DNA of 64,000 nucleotides from the human T2T-CHM13v2.0 reference genome, Homo sapiens, in NCBI RefSeq assembly GCF_009914755.1, contig NC_060931.1, one strand, 5' to 3'. A model generated the notes under the pieces. The model searched no databases. It saw nothing but the letters and a program-made list of their open reading frames with translations, and was not told the DNA's origin. Below are positions 29,761-44,977 of the stretch, in pieces. Each line of letters begins with the position of its first letter. Positions within the stretch are counted from its first letter, which is position 1. The translations under genes were made by a program, and so were the position numbers.

Positions 29761-30104
29761 AGTCTTTACTATATTCTACTGGAATTCTACATTGAGATGT
29801 TTCTCTCTTAGGATCACCTGAAGGGCAGTGCTGTGTCATTCTCATAATCTTTCCATCCCCAAATGCCCAGCTCGGGAACATAAATCAATGAATTATGCCT
29901 ACTAAATGTTCAGATTTTGACGTGAAAGTCAACTGAAGAGATAAGACAAGAGGAAAGAAAACGAGAGGAGTAACAAGATGAGTAGAGGTAGGCTTTGAAG
30001 GAGCAGGAGGGAAGTGGGCAGCAACCCTTCCACAGTGAAGAAGAGAATCAGTGATGCAGAGGCATTAAATAGAACAGATCTGAGGCTTGGCAGAGGGAGA
30101 GGCC

Positions 30105-30342
30105 AACAGGAGCTCCAGACAAGCCTGGGCAACTTAGCGAGACCCTGTCTCTACAAAAAAATTTCAAAAATAGGTAGGTGTGGTGTCATGCACCTGTAGT
30201 CCCAGCTACTCAGGAGGCTGAGGCAGGAAGATCATTTGAGCCCAGGAGGTCAAGGCTTCAGGGGACTATGATCTGCACCACTGCACTCTAGCCTGGGTGA
30301 CCGAGCAAGACCTTATCTCAAAAAAAAAAAAAAAAAAAAAAG
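30105..30342 (+). mobile_element. 5'-truncated AluJ
   Basis: agcctgggcaacttagcgagaccctgtctctac...gagcccaggaggtcaaggct...A tail. Confidence 0.8.
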
Positions 30343-31458
30343 AGGGGGCCAAAACTGCCACTTCAGTGCACCTTGATAATTCTCATAGGCACTGCTGAGC
30401 CTTGCAGAGGACCACACTTTCAGAATACTGTAATGGTGAAACCAGTCTATCAGGGAAATTCCTGCCCATTTCTAATCTGAAAGATGCCAGTCAAACATCC
30501 CCCCATCCATGTGTGCAGAATAAACTCTAGGGTACTATTTCTGCAGCGTGTAGAACTGCTCAGCAGCTAAGAGACGCAGTTACTGTATATGGCCTGGCAC
30601 AGCATTCAGCTAAGATGATAGTGAGAAGTCCTAGGGCCCATGCAAGTGCCCGAATTCATGCAGCACAAAAGAGCCAGGTGCCGCTCACTCTGCAACAGAC
30701 TCCGATCCTCCAGCAGAAGGAAGAGAACAGAAGCCCAAAATTGTTTTGCTATAGTTAAAAGAGAAAACAGACATCTGTGCGTGCCTGTTGACAGAAGTCA
30801 ATTTGACAGAGATGAAATCAACAAAGACAACTAAAAGAAAGGGCAGGGAGAGAGACATAAAAACCAGGGGGTTGTCAGGTTTGGAGGCCAAGGACCAGGC
30901 AGGGACCCAGTGGCAGGTGGGATGGAGGGACCTACTGCAGGAGTGCAGTGCATGGGAAGGCAAGGAAGAAGATGACCTGCAGAAACCCTTCACCAAGTCT
31001 GCATGCAAAGGAGAGAAGAAACAGGCTGCTGAGTGAGGATGAGGGCAGAGGGGGATATTTTAAGTTTTGAAGTGCGGTGGCAAGGAGGTGCGGTATCTCC
31101 TGTGTGACAGCCTCGCTAGGCTCTATGAAGTGGAAAATTGGATCATCTGTGAAGAGGAAGCGGGGAAGAGAAGCAGGAACAAGTCTGAAGAGAGTGGGCT
31201 TGGCTTGTAACAGTCACTATGAAACCTAAGAGTGACAGCTAACCAGAGTAACATATACAATTACTGCATAGTGCCAAAGTGATTGCCTGAAATTGACATG
31301 CACCGGTACCAATCTGCCCAGGTGTATGATTTTCTCCCACAGTGCTTGGCAGCCCAGGTATGAGCAAAAGAATCAAATGATCAGGAAATGGGGGGCTTTG
31401 TCTAGAGAGTGATTTACAGTCCAGACCCTGGATTCTAGGTTGTATAAGAAAGAAAATA

Positions 31459-31735
31459 GGCCGGGTGCAGTAGCTCACGGCTGTAATCCCAGCACTTCGG
31501 GAGGCCGAGGCAGACAGATCACTTGAGCCCAGCGGTTCAGGAGCAGCTTGGGCAACACAGCAAAACCCTGCCTCTACAGGAAATACCAAGAAAAAAAAAA
31601 TTAGCCGGGCATGGTGGCACGTGTCTGTAATCCCAGCTACCCAGGAGACTGAAGTGGGAGGATCGCTTAGCTTGAAAGGTCAAGGCTATAGACTCTTGCC
31701 TGTGAGACAGAGTGAGATCCTGTCTCAAAAAAAAG
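31459..31735 (+). mobile_element. AluJ with right-arm deletion
   Basis: Alu body; aggtcaaggctatag|actcttgcc lacks the gtgagc...tgc block. Confidence 0.82.
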
Positions 31736-31877
31736 AAGGGAAATAAAAGTGAGAAGAAACTGATGGATAAGGCACCAAGTAAAGGAAACAGCAGACTACA
31801 GGTCTTAATGTAGGTACAGGTGGGGAATAAATTTTTGTGGCAAGGTGGATGGGCACGAAGAAGTGGGCGAATAGGGA

Positions 31878-32514
<637 letters not shown>

Positions 32515-32611
32515 TCAAATTTCTGACTTGCTGATCTGAGCTGTAAGTAGACAAGGTCTAAAGACTGGAGGGTTTGAGAGCAGCTGAGAAGATCACTGGT
32601 GATGAGGAGCC

Positions 32612-32957
32612 CGATACGGTTTTGTTCTATGTCTCCACGCAAATCTCACCTTGAATTTTACTAATCCCCACGTGTCAAGGGTGGGGCCAGGTGGAGGTAA
32701 CTGAATCATGGGGACAGTTTCCCCCAGGCTGTTCTCATGATGGTGAGTTCCCGCGAGATCTGATGGTTTTATAAGGGGCTTCCCCCTTTGCTCAGCACTC
32801 ATTCTCTCTCCTGCCGCCCTGTGAAGAGGAGCCTTCCACCATAACTGTAAGGTTCCTGAGGCCTCCCCAGCCATGCAGAACTGTGAGTCAATTAAACCCC
32901 TTTTCTTTATAAATTATCCAGTCTTGGGTATGTCTTTATTAGCAGCAGACTAATACA
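32612..32957 (+). mobile_element. THE1 (THE1C-like) solo LTR
   Basis: caaatctcaccttgaatt...gagatctgatggttttataagggg...gaggcctccccagccatgcagaactgtgagtcaattaaacc...gactaataca. Confidence 0.88.
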
Positions 32958-34069
32958 AACCCAAAACCCAAGCAGTCACAGAAACAGATGGGTTGTCTAA
33001 TGAAGCTGAAGCAGGGTGGCAAGCAATGAGCCAGTCATTAATGATGAGTAGGAGTGATGGGAAAGTCAGCAGAGCACAGTTACAAGGTGGACAAAAGGAT
33101 GTGTCTTACCCATGGCTGATGCTCCAAAGAGGAGGGTTATCACACGAGGGGGGAAAAGCAATGATCCAGGACAGCCATGACAAGAATGCGTGCCACCAAT
33201 CCCACCTTCTGAACAGTTACATCTCTGTAATGTTAAAACTAATCTACCTGATCAGGTCATTCCTGCCAATTTTTAATCTGGAAGATGCACATCAATCTTT
33301 CCCCTGCCTTTATACCAAATAAATACTATTTCTACAGGTTTTCCAAGTAAAATCTTCAATGAATGGAAAATCTATCTTAAGGCTTTCAAAAAGGATCACA
33401 CATTTACCCACAAGCTTACAGGGTATAAGTAATTTTTATTAATTTTTTAATGCCAAGTGTTTATTATATCTTATACCAACTGGAAACAAAGTTTTGCCTC
33501 AAAATTAGAAATCTATTTCCTTGTCATTTGTACTGGAGATGCAGGGATCTGGTATATTTTTACTGTCTCCTGGTCTTCCAATATTTTGTCACTCATTTAA
33601 CTTACAGTCTCATATATGATGCATCGTTTTATGTTACTAGAGGTATTTCATGGGGAAGTTTAGCTCTTCTGCTCCTCTGAATCATCTTGTCTCCTTTGGG
33701 AAAATTTAATTGATATCCACACCTCTGTTTTCCATTTTCCCAACTGAATGCTCCCCTGTTCTGCCATAGCACTCTATGGATAGCTCTGTTATTGCACTTA
33801 ATACACTCAAATGTCAACCATAGCAAACTTGTAACCTTGGGCAAGCACTTAATCTCTCTGGGTCTCAACTTACTTATGTATAAAATGGAGAAAATAACAG
33901 TAAGAACTTCATCAGGCTATTTATCCACTCATGAGCTAATGCCCAGAAAGTAGTTAGAACAGCACCTTCCATATAGTAAGTGCTACTGAAGTTTTTGCTA
34001 TTAGTATCATGATATGCATTTGCACGTCTCTCCTTTCAGATTTGTCTGCACCTTTAAAATGGGGACTAG

Positions 34070-34432
<363 letters not shown>

Positions 34433-34596
34433 TAGTTTTTATCTCACAAAAAAGTAAAAATGTAGATATTAAAAATAATAGGCCAAAGCATCACCTTATT
34501 TATAACCCATCTTGTTTGAAAAGTAATTTAAGGCAGTTCATAAAGTACAGTCTGACATTTCAAATATGTAACTTAAATGAAACAAGTTAAAATTAA

Positions 34597-34710
34597 GGGT
34601 GCAGCACCTTGGGGGTTGAGGCAGGAGGACTGTTTGAGCCCAAGAGTTCAAGACCAGCCACGGCAACACAGTGAGACCCCATCTCTAATGATTAAAAAAA
34701 AAAACAAATA
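34597..34710 (+). mobile_element. FLAM/Alu monomer
   Basis: gaggcaggaggactgtttgagcccaagagttcaagaccagcc...A tail; TSD-like aaaattaa. Confidence 0.7.
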
Positions 34711-35245
34711 AAATTAAAGGTAGAACTGTATCATCAATACCACTAAAATGTCAGTGTCAAAATAAACTTCTTAAGAATTAAGTACACTTACATATATTTG
34801 GACTGTAAGAATAAGAAATTTTTCACTATTGCTACAGAAAAAGGAAAAAAAATGTCCAGAGATGTAGCTCTAGACAAGCGTTTGCTATGTGGATTTCTTT
34901 CACAGATCTAGGTATCTAGGGAGGAGAAAAACTCCATAACAACTGAGGTCTCCTACTTAATATGCGACAATTCTGCAGTAGGGAAGTCCCAAAGTTGTTG
35001 GTGACAGAAGGAAAACAACTGGGGCATCCAAAAAAATTCAAATGATTGTGGCTTAAGTTCCAAATGTTCATGATGCCCACAGATGCTCAGCGTGGGGAGG
35101 TGGCTCCTCTCCATCTCCAGTAGAAAACAGCCACTTCCCACATCTCACCCGTGTTTAACATTTCTACAGGACACCTATCTAGGACCATAACACCACCCTA
35201 TGTAAAACTACCAGTGCTAAGATTCTGTCATTCTGGTTCTTTTCA

Positions 35246-35581
<336 letters not shown>

Positions 35582-36190
35582 TCACATAACTAGCAGAACT
35601 TTCCTCTTTCACTGGCACATGAAAAAAAAAAAGCCACCTTTTTCATTAAAATGTTAAAATGGAATTTAATGAAAAGTCTGTGTTAAAGTCTGGGAGTGGT
35701 AGTGTTTCACAGAGGAAGAAAAATGTTTCTCATATCCTTCAGGTCACCTGAGTAGAAACCTATATAAAAAGGGTGAGTGTGAAGAGTTAAGAGGAAAACC
35801 TTTAGCAAACTGAGGTTGTTTCTACTTGCTAAAAGGGTCTCTCATTTCTATTCATGAATGGCCTTTCTACGCTTTCTCCTGAGCCACAGAAGAGGACATT
35901 TCAGCACAATCTAAGGTAGACTGAAACAAGTAAAACATCTGGATAAACTCCCCCATGAACACTGAAAAAAGAAACATGACTAATAAGCTCTCTTCTCCAC
36001 ATGCTGGAGATTCTACTGATGGTAACACATTCAGATACAAACACGTGAACCAATAATAACCAACCTCACTGCTAAAGCAGTCACTTGAAGCGATAACCTC
36101 ACTTCTGCTTTCCCAAATAGGTGAGTATAAAATATATACATATATATATGAACATTCCCTTCCAAGACAGAGCATTAAAAAGATAAAGCA

Positions 36191-36226
36191 ACACACACAC
36201 ATACACACACACACGCACACACACAC
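36191..36226. repeat. Interrupted (CA)n microsatellite
   Basis: acacacacacatacacacacacacgcacacacacac. Confidence 0.9.
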
Positions 36227-36847
36227 CCCCCTTAATAACAGTGTGTGTCCTTTAATTAAATGTTGGCCTTTTTAATTTACTTATTTTAAGTTGTTGTTTC
36301 TGTGATCTCAATCTGACAAGGATTGCATTTGAGGATTAAAATTGCCGAGCACATACCTTTTTAGTTCCTCATCTTTTAATTACTACATAAGTGGTTGCCT
36401 AGGAAACCTCCAGACCGAATGATGAAACTCAAATGAATTCTCCTTTCTAAGCTTGCAGGTTTGACTCACTACCTTTGCTCCCCAAAAACTAAGTCCTCCG
36501 GAATTATTAAAGCCAGATATTTTTGCAACCTGGATGACATGCGAAAAAAAACATAAGAGGTGAATAATTATTTATTCTGAATACAGGTTTCTTAGGGAAA
36601 TAAAAGTTAAAAAGGCCAAGTCCCTACTCACAGCAAATTCAGAAGAGAAATGCATGTCTTCAAATATACCCATACTATCTGTTACCAGGTAATTGTGGAG
36701 TGTTATTTTATGGCAGTATGTTAACATGGTAGTGATTAAACATTATAATGAAAGACAATAGAGAAGAACCTGGGAAAGCAGACCATGGAGACACCAAAGC
36801 AAAATAATGTCAGAGGGGGTGCAACCCCCCAATCACTGCAGAAATCA

Positions 36848-36881
36848 CCCCTAGCTCCGCCCCCAGCTCCGCCCCCAGCTC
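36848..36881. repeat. 12-bp tandem repeat carrying two GC boxes (CTCCGCCCCCAG)
   Basis: ctagctccgcccccagctccgcccccagct. Confidence 0.8.
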
Positions 36882-37457
36882 TGGTTCCCTGTCCTTTCTT
36901 ACAATCTGGCTCTACCTCTGCCCAGAATGACATGACATCATCACTGAACAGTGGCAAGAAAACATAGATCTATTTTGCTGTATGCCAAGTAAACAGGGCT
37001 GATCACCATACACAAATATGTATGCAACTTAGCATAAACGCATCTCAGAAGATTCTGTTTTAACCACAGCAGATGCACTGAAGTAGGCTCATCTGGCGGC
37101 CCTCGGAGGAAGGACCGAGTGTTGCATAATTCCAGCAAATGAGAGCAGAAATACTGAGAACAGCCAGAACACCCAGGCCAGATGGTACTGTGGTTCTGAA
37201 GCAGTGCCTGAGGCTAGAGACGTGAGCAGGCCCGGGAAAGACAGAGATGGGGCAAGTGGGCTCAGTGGCTGGAGGCAGAGTACACTCAGCAGAAGGCCTT
37301 TGACTACTTTCTCTCAGCCCTGATCTCAAAGTCTGGCTGCTTCCTCTAACATCCTTGCATCATGATCTTACCATCATTTACTTTAAATTTAAAAATTTTG
37401 AACCAACTCTTCTGGAGGAAAAGCAACAACCAATTTCCACCTCCATCCCCCCAGCTA

Positions 37458-37845
<388 letters not shown>

Positions 37846-39593
37846 CTCAAAGCCCTCATCATTTCTCCCCAGGATAACTAAACTTTTCTGCCAACTACTA
37901 TTCCCACTGCTCCAACCTCACACTGCAGCTAATCCACTCCCTACAAGGATGGTCGAGATTTTCCTCCACTTAAATGAATTCCCTCCCTGGCTTCCACACT
38001 GCCCTCAGGATGAAAACCCAAGTTCCTCTCAGCTTAGTTTAGAAAGCTCTTCACCAGGTAGGTCCTTGAAAAACTTGATTGCATTCCACTGTAATCTCAA
38101 AATTGTCAAAGAAAAACTGTTCCGTACCTGGTCTGGAATAGAACCAAGTGGTCTGCTAGAAAATTCACAGTATCCTACTAGGAAGAAATGAACAGCATTC
38201 CAGGGAAAAAAAAAAAAAAAAGCTTGCTTTTTTTCTAATGCAATTTCCTAAATGAACTTTAAGGAAATTAAGACTTGCTCTGGGCAACTCATTACCATCT
38301 ACCCGGCTGACTGTCAACTATCAGAGTGTAGAGGTTTTTAACCAGACATTCGTTTCAATGATGATATTTAATCACTTTCTTCCCTTAATGTCCCTACCAA
38401 GAGCGAATCATTGAATGTGCCTACTGCAGGACTCTCTCCTTGCATTGCAAAGCTAAAACAAACTGTTGGCACATGCTCAAAATTAAACTGTCCGAAAAGT
38501 TTTAACAAATGCTACCTAACCTAAAGCAGGTCCTTTTACCCTGCAGTCCCCAGGACACTTTTTGGTCTCTGGCCTCCTTGGGCCTTCCAATACTCAGCAA
38601 CCTCCTCCAGGTAGCACCCACCAGGGCTGACACTTTCCCTCACTCTCTGCCCCAACCCCCCAATGGCAACTCCCATCTTCTCTGGTTAACCTCTATTCAT
38701 CTCCAAAGTCCATGTCAATCATAGGTCAAATGTTAGTTCCTCCAGGAGAACTTGCCAAGAGGCTGGACCCAAGTCCTTCCAGATGCTTCAGTATCAGAGC
38801 TGTTACTGTACTGCACTGCATTTATCTCACCAGAGTGGAAGCTCACTGAGGACAGCACAGGGCCTTTTTATTTCTGTATTCCCCACCCTATCACAGAGCC
38901 TGGCTCAAAATGAGCACATCCTAAATGTTTGTTGAATGCATGAAATGCCAACAGCCAAGTGCAGGAGTCAACCTTCCAGGCGAAGGTGTTCCATTTCCTT
39001 GTGTAATTCACCTTTAGGTGCTCTGTGTTTGCACCAAGCCAAAAATCAGATGGGATAACCTGATGTTAAGGCTGTTGTTTCTACATCTTAGTGTTAAGGA
39101 GGGAGACAAAGCTGGGGAAAATGTACTGAAAGGGGTCATCACTGTGCAGTCTAGTAACCAACCCTAAAATGCAGCCTCCCTGCGGACCGAGGTGGAACTA
39201 GTCTGCCAGGCAGCCCCGGCAGCACTCTCCTGAGGACCTGGCGCAGAGCGGGTAGTCCTGGAGTGACTCAACCCGCTGAAAAGCATGGACAAGCCCGCCC
39301 GTCTGAGAGGAAGAAATGTTTAAATATAAAATTTCCTAAAATGTTTAAACCAGAGGAAAAATACAGAAATCTTTTAGAGGCGAAGCAAAATGAAAAGACA
39401 GATAACACCTTTAAAGCAGCCTTATAGATCTGAATCTTCTTGGCACAAGAACATAAAAATTTAGTTGTTTTATGAAAATATCATGTTAGGTAAGTTCCGG
39501 GGATGTCAGGGCCTGAGAGTGAACCAGGAATATTCAGGAAAAATTCTTTTTTATTATTGTGGTTTGTTGGCTTTTGCATGAGAGTGGGAGGAC

Positions 39594-39852
39594 TTTTATT
39601 TTTTATTTTTATTTTTTTGAGACAAGAATCTTGCTCTGTTGACCTCTGAGGCTCAAGCAATTCTCTTGCCTCGGCCTCCTAAGTAGCTGGGACTACAGGT
39701 GTGCACCACCACACTCAGCCAATTTCTTTTGTCATAGAGGCAGTGTTTCAATCTGTTGCCTAGGCTGGTCTCAAACTCCTGAGCTCAAGTGATCTTTCTG
39801 CCTCAGTCTCTCAATGTGCTGGGATTACAGATGGGAGCTACCTCAACCAGCC
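39594..39852 (-). mobile_element. AluJ with internal deletion
   Basis: Diverged reverse Alu. Confidence 0.8.
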
Positions 39853-40253
39853 CTGGATGACTTTTAAATGCCTTAAGAGAAAGACAGTCTGTTCCACTGC
39901 AATTTCCCCCTGGCCTTTCAGATCTCTGGGAATACTCTCAATAAGAACAAACTTTCCCTGAGGACTGGACCTGGTGCTGGAGGACAAAGGGAATGCCCAG
40001 GGACTTAGTAGTTTTCTTCTCATTTAAGACAACTTCCATCTGGTACATCTGCAAGGGTGCTTCAGAGTGGAAGGACTGATGGCAGGTTCCTGTCTACCAC
40101 TGAGGCTTTTCCCATGTTCTTAGAGGGATAGAGGAGGGTGATGGAACACACTGAAATGGGAACCCCCTGTCCCCACAGAAACCATGATATTCTCCTACAC
40201 TAACACTAGAAAGTCCCAGAACAACATAGGTGGTCCCCACAGATGTTCTTTAA

Positions 40254-40576
<323 letters not shown>

Positions 40577-41399
40577 TAACTTTCCTATAGTGTGCTAATT
40601 ACAAGATGATCTACCTTATAATTTGATTTATCACAGTTCTTTATCTCAGTATATTTTTCCAAAAGGGACTCAACATTTATCATCTTTTTGAAGGTCATTT
40701 CAAAGCCTTAGAAACTGGCCTCAACAGTAACTGCAGGAAGCATACTTGTCAGATCTGAGCAATAAAAATACACCCTGACTGCTGAGCCTGGAGCACGGGA
40801 GAGCCTACAGCTAACCAGGGAAGACATGGTGAGTTCAGTAAAAGGCAGGTAAGGAGGAGCCTTGTGTCCAAAGCTCTGTAAAATTTTCTTTACTTGCTGC
40901 ATAAAAAATAAAAAGACTCAGAATATATCCAAAGATCTTATATTTAATAGGCCTTTAACCTGAGAACAAATCAATTAATTTTTAGATTTCATTTTATCAT
41001 GCTCATTCTTATACATCCATACTTAGAAAAAAGAATGAGTAATATTAAAACAAAGTAGCGGCACACTCAACAGACCTCACACCACTGAGATATGAGACGA
41101 ATGCAATCATATCCTACATTCTACACATATCTGAAAACTTTAAAAGAAACTTACAGAACGTGTGGGAATCCCCCGCATGAAATTAAGAATTGTTTGACTG
41201 ACTAAAAGTAGAATTGAAGGGCCGAAGAAAGGATTTCCCCTGTGGTTGATTAAGAACATTATTCTTGTTTTGAGTCGTCATACCAAGTGACCATGAAGTG
41301 AGAAGACTTGTTAAAATGCATTTTTTGAACTTTTTCCCTTGGTGCTAGATCCCAAGACTGGCTTAAAGACAAAATACTGTAACATACTCAAACTTTTTA

Positions 41400-41507
41400 A
41401 AATAAGTTAACAGTAACACCAAGAAGAGGGAACACGAAGTTCTACTGTTCTTCTTAAATAAGTTGACAGTAACCCCATGAAGAGGAAACACGAAGTTCTA
41501 ATGTTCT
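41400..41507. repeat. 56-bp tandem duplication (2 copies) in unique sequence
   Basis: aaataagtt(a/g)acagtaac...gaagagg(g/a)aacacgaagttcta(c/a)tgttct starting at 41400 and 41456. Confidence 0.9.
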
Positions 41508-41958
41508 GAAAAGACACTTTAATCAGTCCACCTTAATGGAATGCCTGCAACTGAGGATGAAATAAAATGTCTGCAAATGTGGGTTTGAAAATTGGTCATA
41601 TAAATCATCACAAAATGTATCACAAGGTTTTTTGAAACAGTAAGTTTCCTAAAACATGTGACATGATGATTCAATGAACAAATACAACATTTATATACAT
41701 CTCTTCAAGAACATTCCTATTATATCTAAAACAGTAACATATTCTTCTTTAATCCATATTTTAGCAAATGGATTTGAAGTGAAAATGTAAAGAAAGTTAT
41801 CTGAGTGGAAAGGAAAATCAGACAAAAATGATCAAATTCATTAAGAATTTCACCCTCACAAACATGAAAACAACAAGCTATCTGAAATCTGAACTCCTGA
41901 GGTTCAACTACTCTACAAGCAGAAGTGTGTGGAAGATCAAACTACTCATGATGTTAGG

Positions 41959-42283
<325 letters not shown>

Positions 42284-42386
42284 TCAAAGTCATAAATGTT
42301 TAATTTATACATAAAAACATCAGATTTATCAGAATAAACATATTTTGGTATTTATTAGGTAAGCTGCAGTGTGGATAAAACATTCA

Positions 42387-42850
<464 letters not shown>

Positions 42851-43049
42851 ACCAAATGTATGAGGAGTGGAAGAAAGATTCAACATAGCTACTAACTACT
42901 TCCAATACTTCTTAAGTTTAGAATAAATTTTTATTCATTCTTAAGGCTCTAAACACAAACTCTATATTCAGCGTCAAAAAATATTAGGTATGGCTTCAAA
43001 TATAACTGGGTACCAACAGATAAGACAAGTAACAAAACTTTTAACTTGG

Positions 43050-43630
43050 GACTATGCAGTGCTTGGTGACTTGCTTCCACAGAGCAGAGTATTGGAAAGG
43101 GGAAACAAATTTCCATGGTCAAGGTGAGCATCAGCAGTGGTAAGTCACGTTGATGGCGTTCTCTTTTCACACGGATGTGATAAGGATATCCCTTCACCTC
43201 TGTGATTGTCCTCCCAAAAACCCACATCCCAGTCTAATAATCAGAAAAACATGAAAAAAATCCAAACTAAGGCACATTCTGCAAAATACCTGCCCAGTAT
43301 TCCTCAAAACTGACGAGGCTATCAAAAACAAACATCTCAGAAACGATCATAGACTGGAGGACTTTAAGGAGACATGGTGGCTAAATGTGCTGTGATATCC
43401 TGAGTGCAGAACGGAAAAAGGACATTCGGAAAAACGGGTGAGCTCTGAATAAAATGTGGATTTTAGTTAACAGTAAAGTACCAATGTTTCTTCCTTAATT
43501 GTGACAAATGTAACATAATAATGTAAGAGTCAGCAACAGGAATCACTGAGTGAGGGGCATATGGAAACTCTGTACTATCTTTGAACTTGTCTTCAAATGT
43601 ATAATTATTCCAAAATAAAGAGTTTATTTA
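43050..43630 (+). mobile_element. L1MC/MD-like 3' end
   Basis: cttcacctctgtgattgtcctcccaaaaaccca...cagtattcctcaaaactg...aaggagacatgg...ggaaactctgtactatctttg...ttccaaaataaa. Confidence 0.7.
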
Positions 43631-44527
43631 AATTTTTAAAAACTAGGCCAACAGCACTGAGGTGTGGTCCTTCAGGTGTGCACCTCAGCCTTGGCTGCAG
43701 CCACAGGGGCAAGCACAGGCGTGGGTCCTGGTCACCCCGCTTGCTGACCAACAGACACACTGGCCAATTTGGGAACCTGTCTCCGATGCCAGCAGACCAC
43801 AGATGGCATGCATGCGACAAGAACAAACATCTCTGAAGTGCCTAACACCCCCATCTGAAGTGAAAAATAGGCAATTTTATGCAAGAAAAAAAAGACAAGG
43901 CCTAAACAGGTTGGCTGGGAGCCATCAGTGCTCTGTGAAAACACATGACAAACCAGCCTTCAGACTTCACTTGGCAAATACCACTGCCAGCATCCAGGCA
44001 GGTGTGAAACAGTTATACAGACTTCTCTTGCATACCCAGCAGGCTCTGTGTCCTGTTTCCTCGCCACAAAAAAAAGGTAAGTCAGAGAAGTGGGGATATA
44101 GAATTCCTTTAAATATCTGCGGGAGAAAGTAGCTCACACACAAAAAAGATTTCTTCAACCAAGCAGCAGTTAGTATCTATTTTCAGGAATCTGTCCAGCC
44201 AGGGAACACGTGGCACCATGAGAGTCCTGTTTCATAAGGGGGAGGCAGCAAGGCCTGTGCAGTGCTGTTCAATATAGAAAAACATTTTATCCTTACAGAA
44301 TAAACACGTGGCAGGATTGCGTTTGCTGCAGTGGATTTCTTTAATTACATTGAATTTTAATCCAAAAAGAGATCTGGGGGATTTATCTGCTCTAACCAAA
44401 AAGTTCCAGAATTTATGAACTAGATGAATATGTAGCACTCATTAGGCCAGAAAATTAAAATATAAATGCCTTTAAGGTTTTTTTGTTTTTTGTTTTTTTG
44501 TTTTTTTAAGAAAATTAACACAGTGTA

Positions 44528-44803
44528 GGCCAGGCATGGTGGCTCAAGCCTGTAATCCCAAACACTTTGGGAGGCGGAGGCAGGTGGATCACTTGAGGTC
44601 AGAAGTTCAAGACCAGCCTGGCCAACATGGTAAAACCCCATCTCTACTAAAAATAAAAAATTAGCCAGGCGTGGTACTGGGTGCCTGTAATCCTAGCTAC
44701 TGGGTAGGCAGGAGAATGGCTTGGACCCGGGAGGCAGAGGTTGTGGTGAGCCAAGATCAGGCTGCTGCACTCCAGTGTGGGTGACAGAGCAAGACTCCAT
44801 CTC
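44528..44803 (+). mobile_element. AluS whose tail has become a purine microsatellite
   Basis: Alu body; TSD-like aaattaa(c/t)acagt flanks the Alu plus the repeat. Confidence 0.9.
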
Positions 44804-44977
44804 GAAGGAAAAGAAGGAAAAGAAGGAAGGAAGGAAGGAAGGAAGGAAGGAAGGAAGCAAGGAAGGAAGGAAGGAAAAGAAGAAGAAGAAGAAAAAGGAA
44901 AAGAAGGAAAAGAAAGAAAAGAAGGAAGGAAGGAAGGAAGGAAGGAAGGAAGGAAGGAAGGAAGGAAGGAAGGAAAA
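44804..44977. repeat. Compound (AAGG)n/(AAG)n polypurine tract, 174 bp with a single pyrimidine
   Basis: Seen directly; the only C is at 44858. Confidence 0.95.

Noticed and set aside
43597-44158. Overlapping 63-156 aa ORFs in unique sequence (also 1357-1782, 23903-24340, 52065-52484)
   Set aside because: No recognisable domain, non-ATG starts or overlap with old repeats, and no coherent splice boundaries; lengths are compatible with chance.
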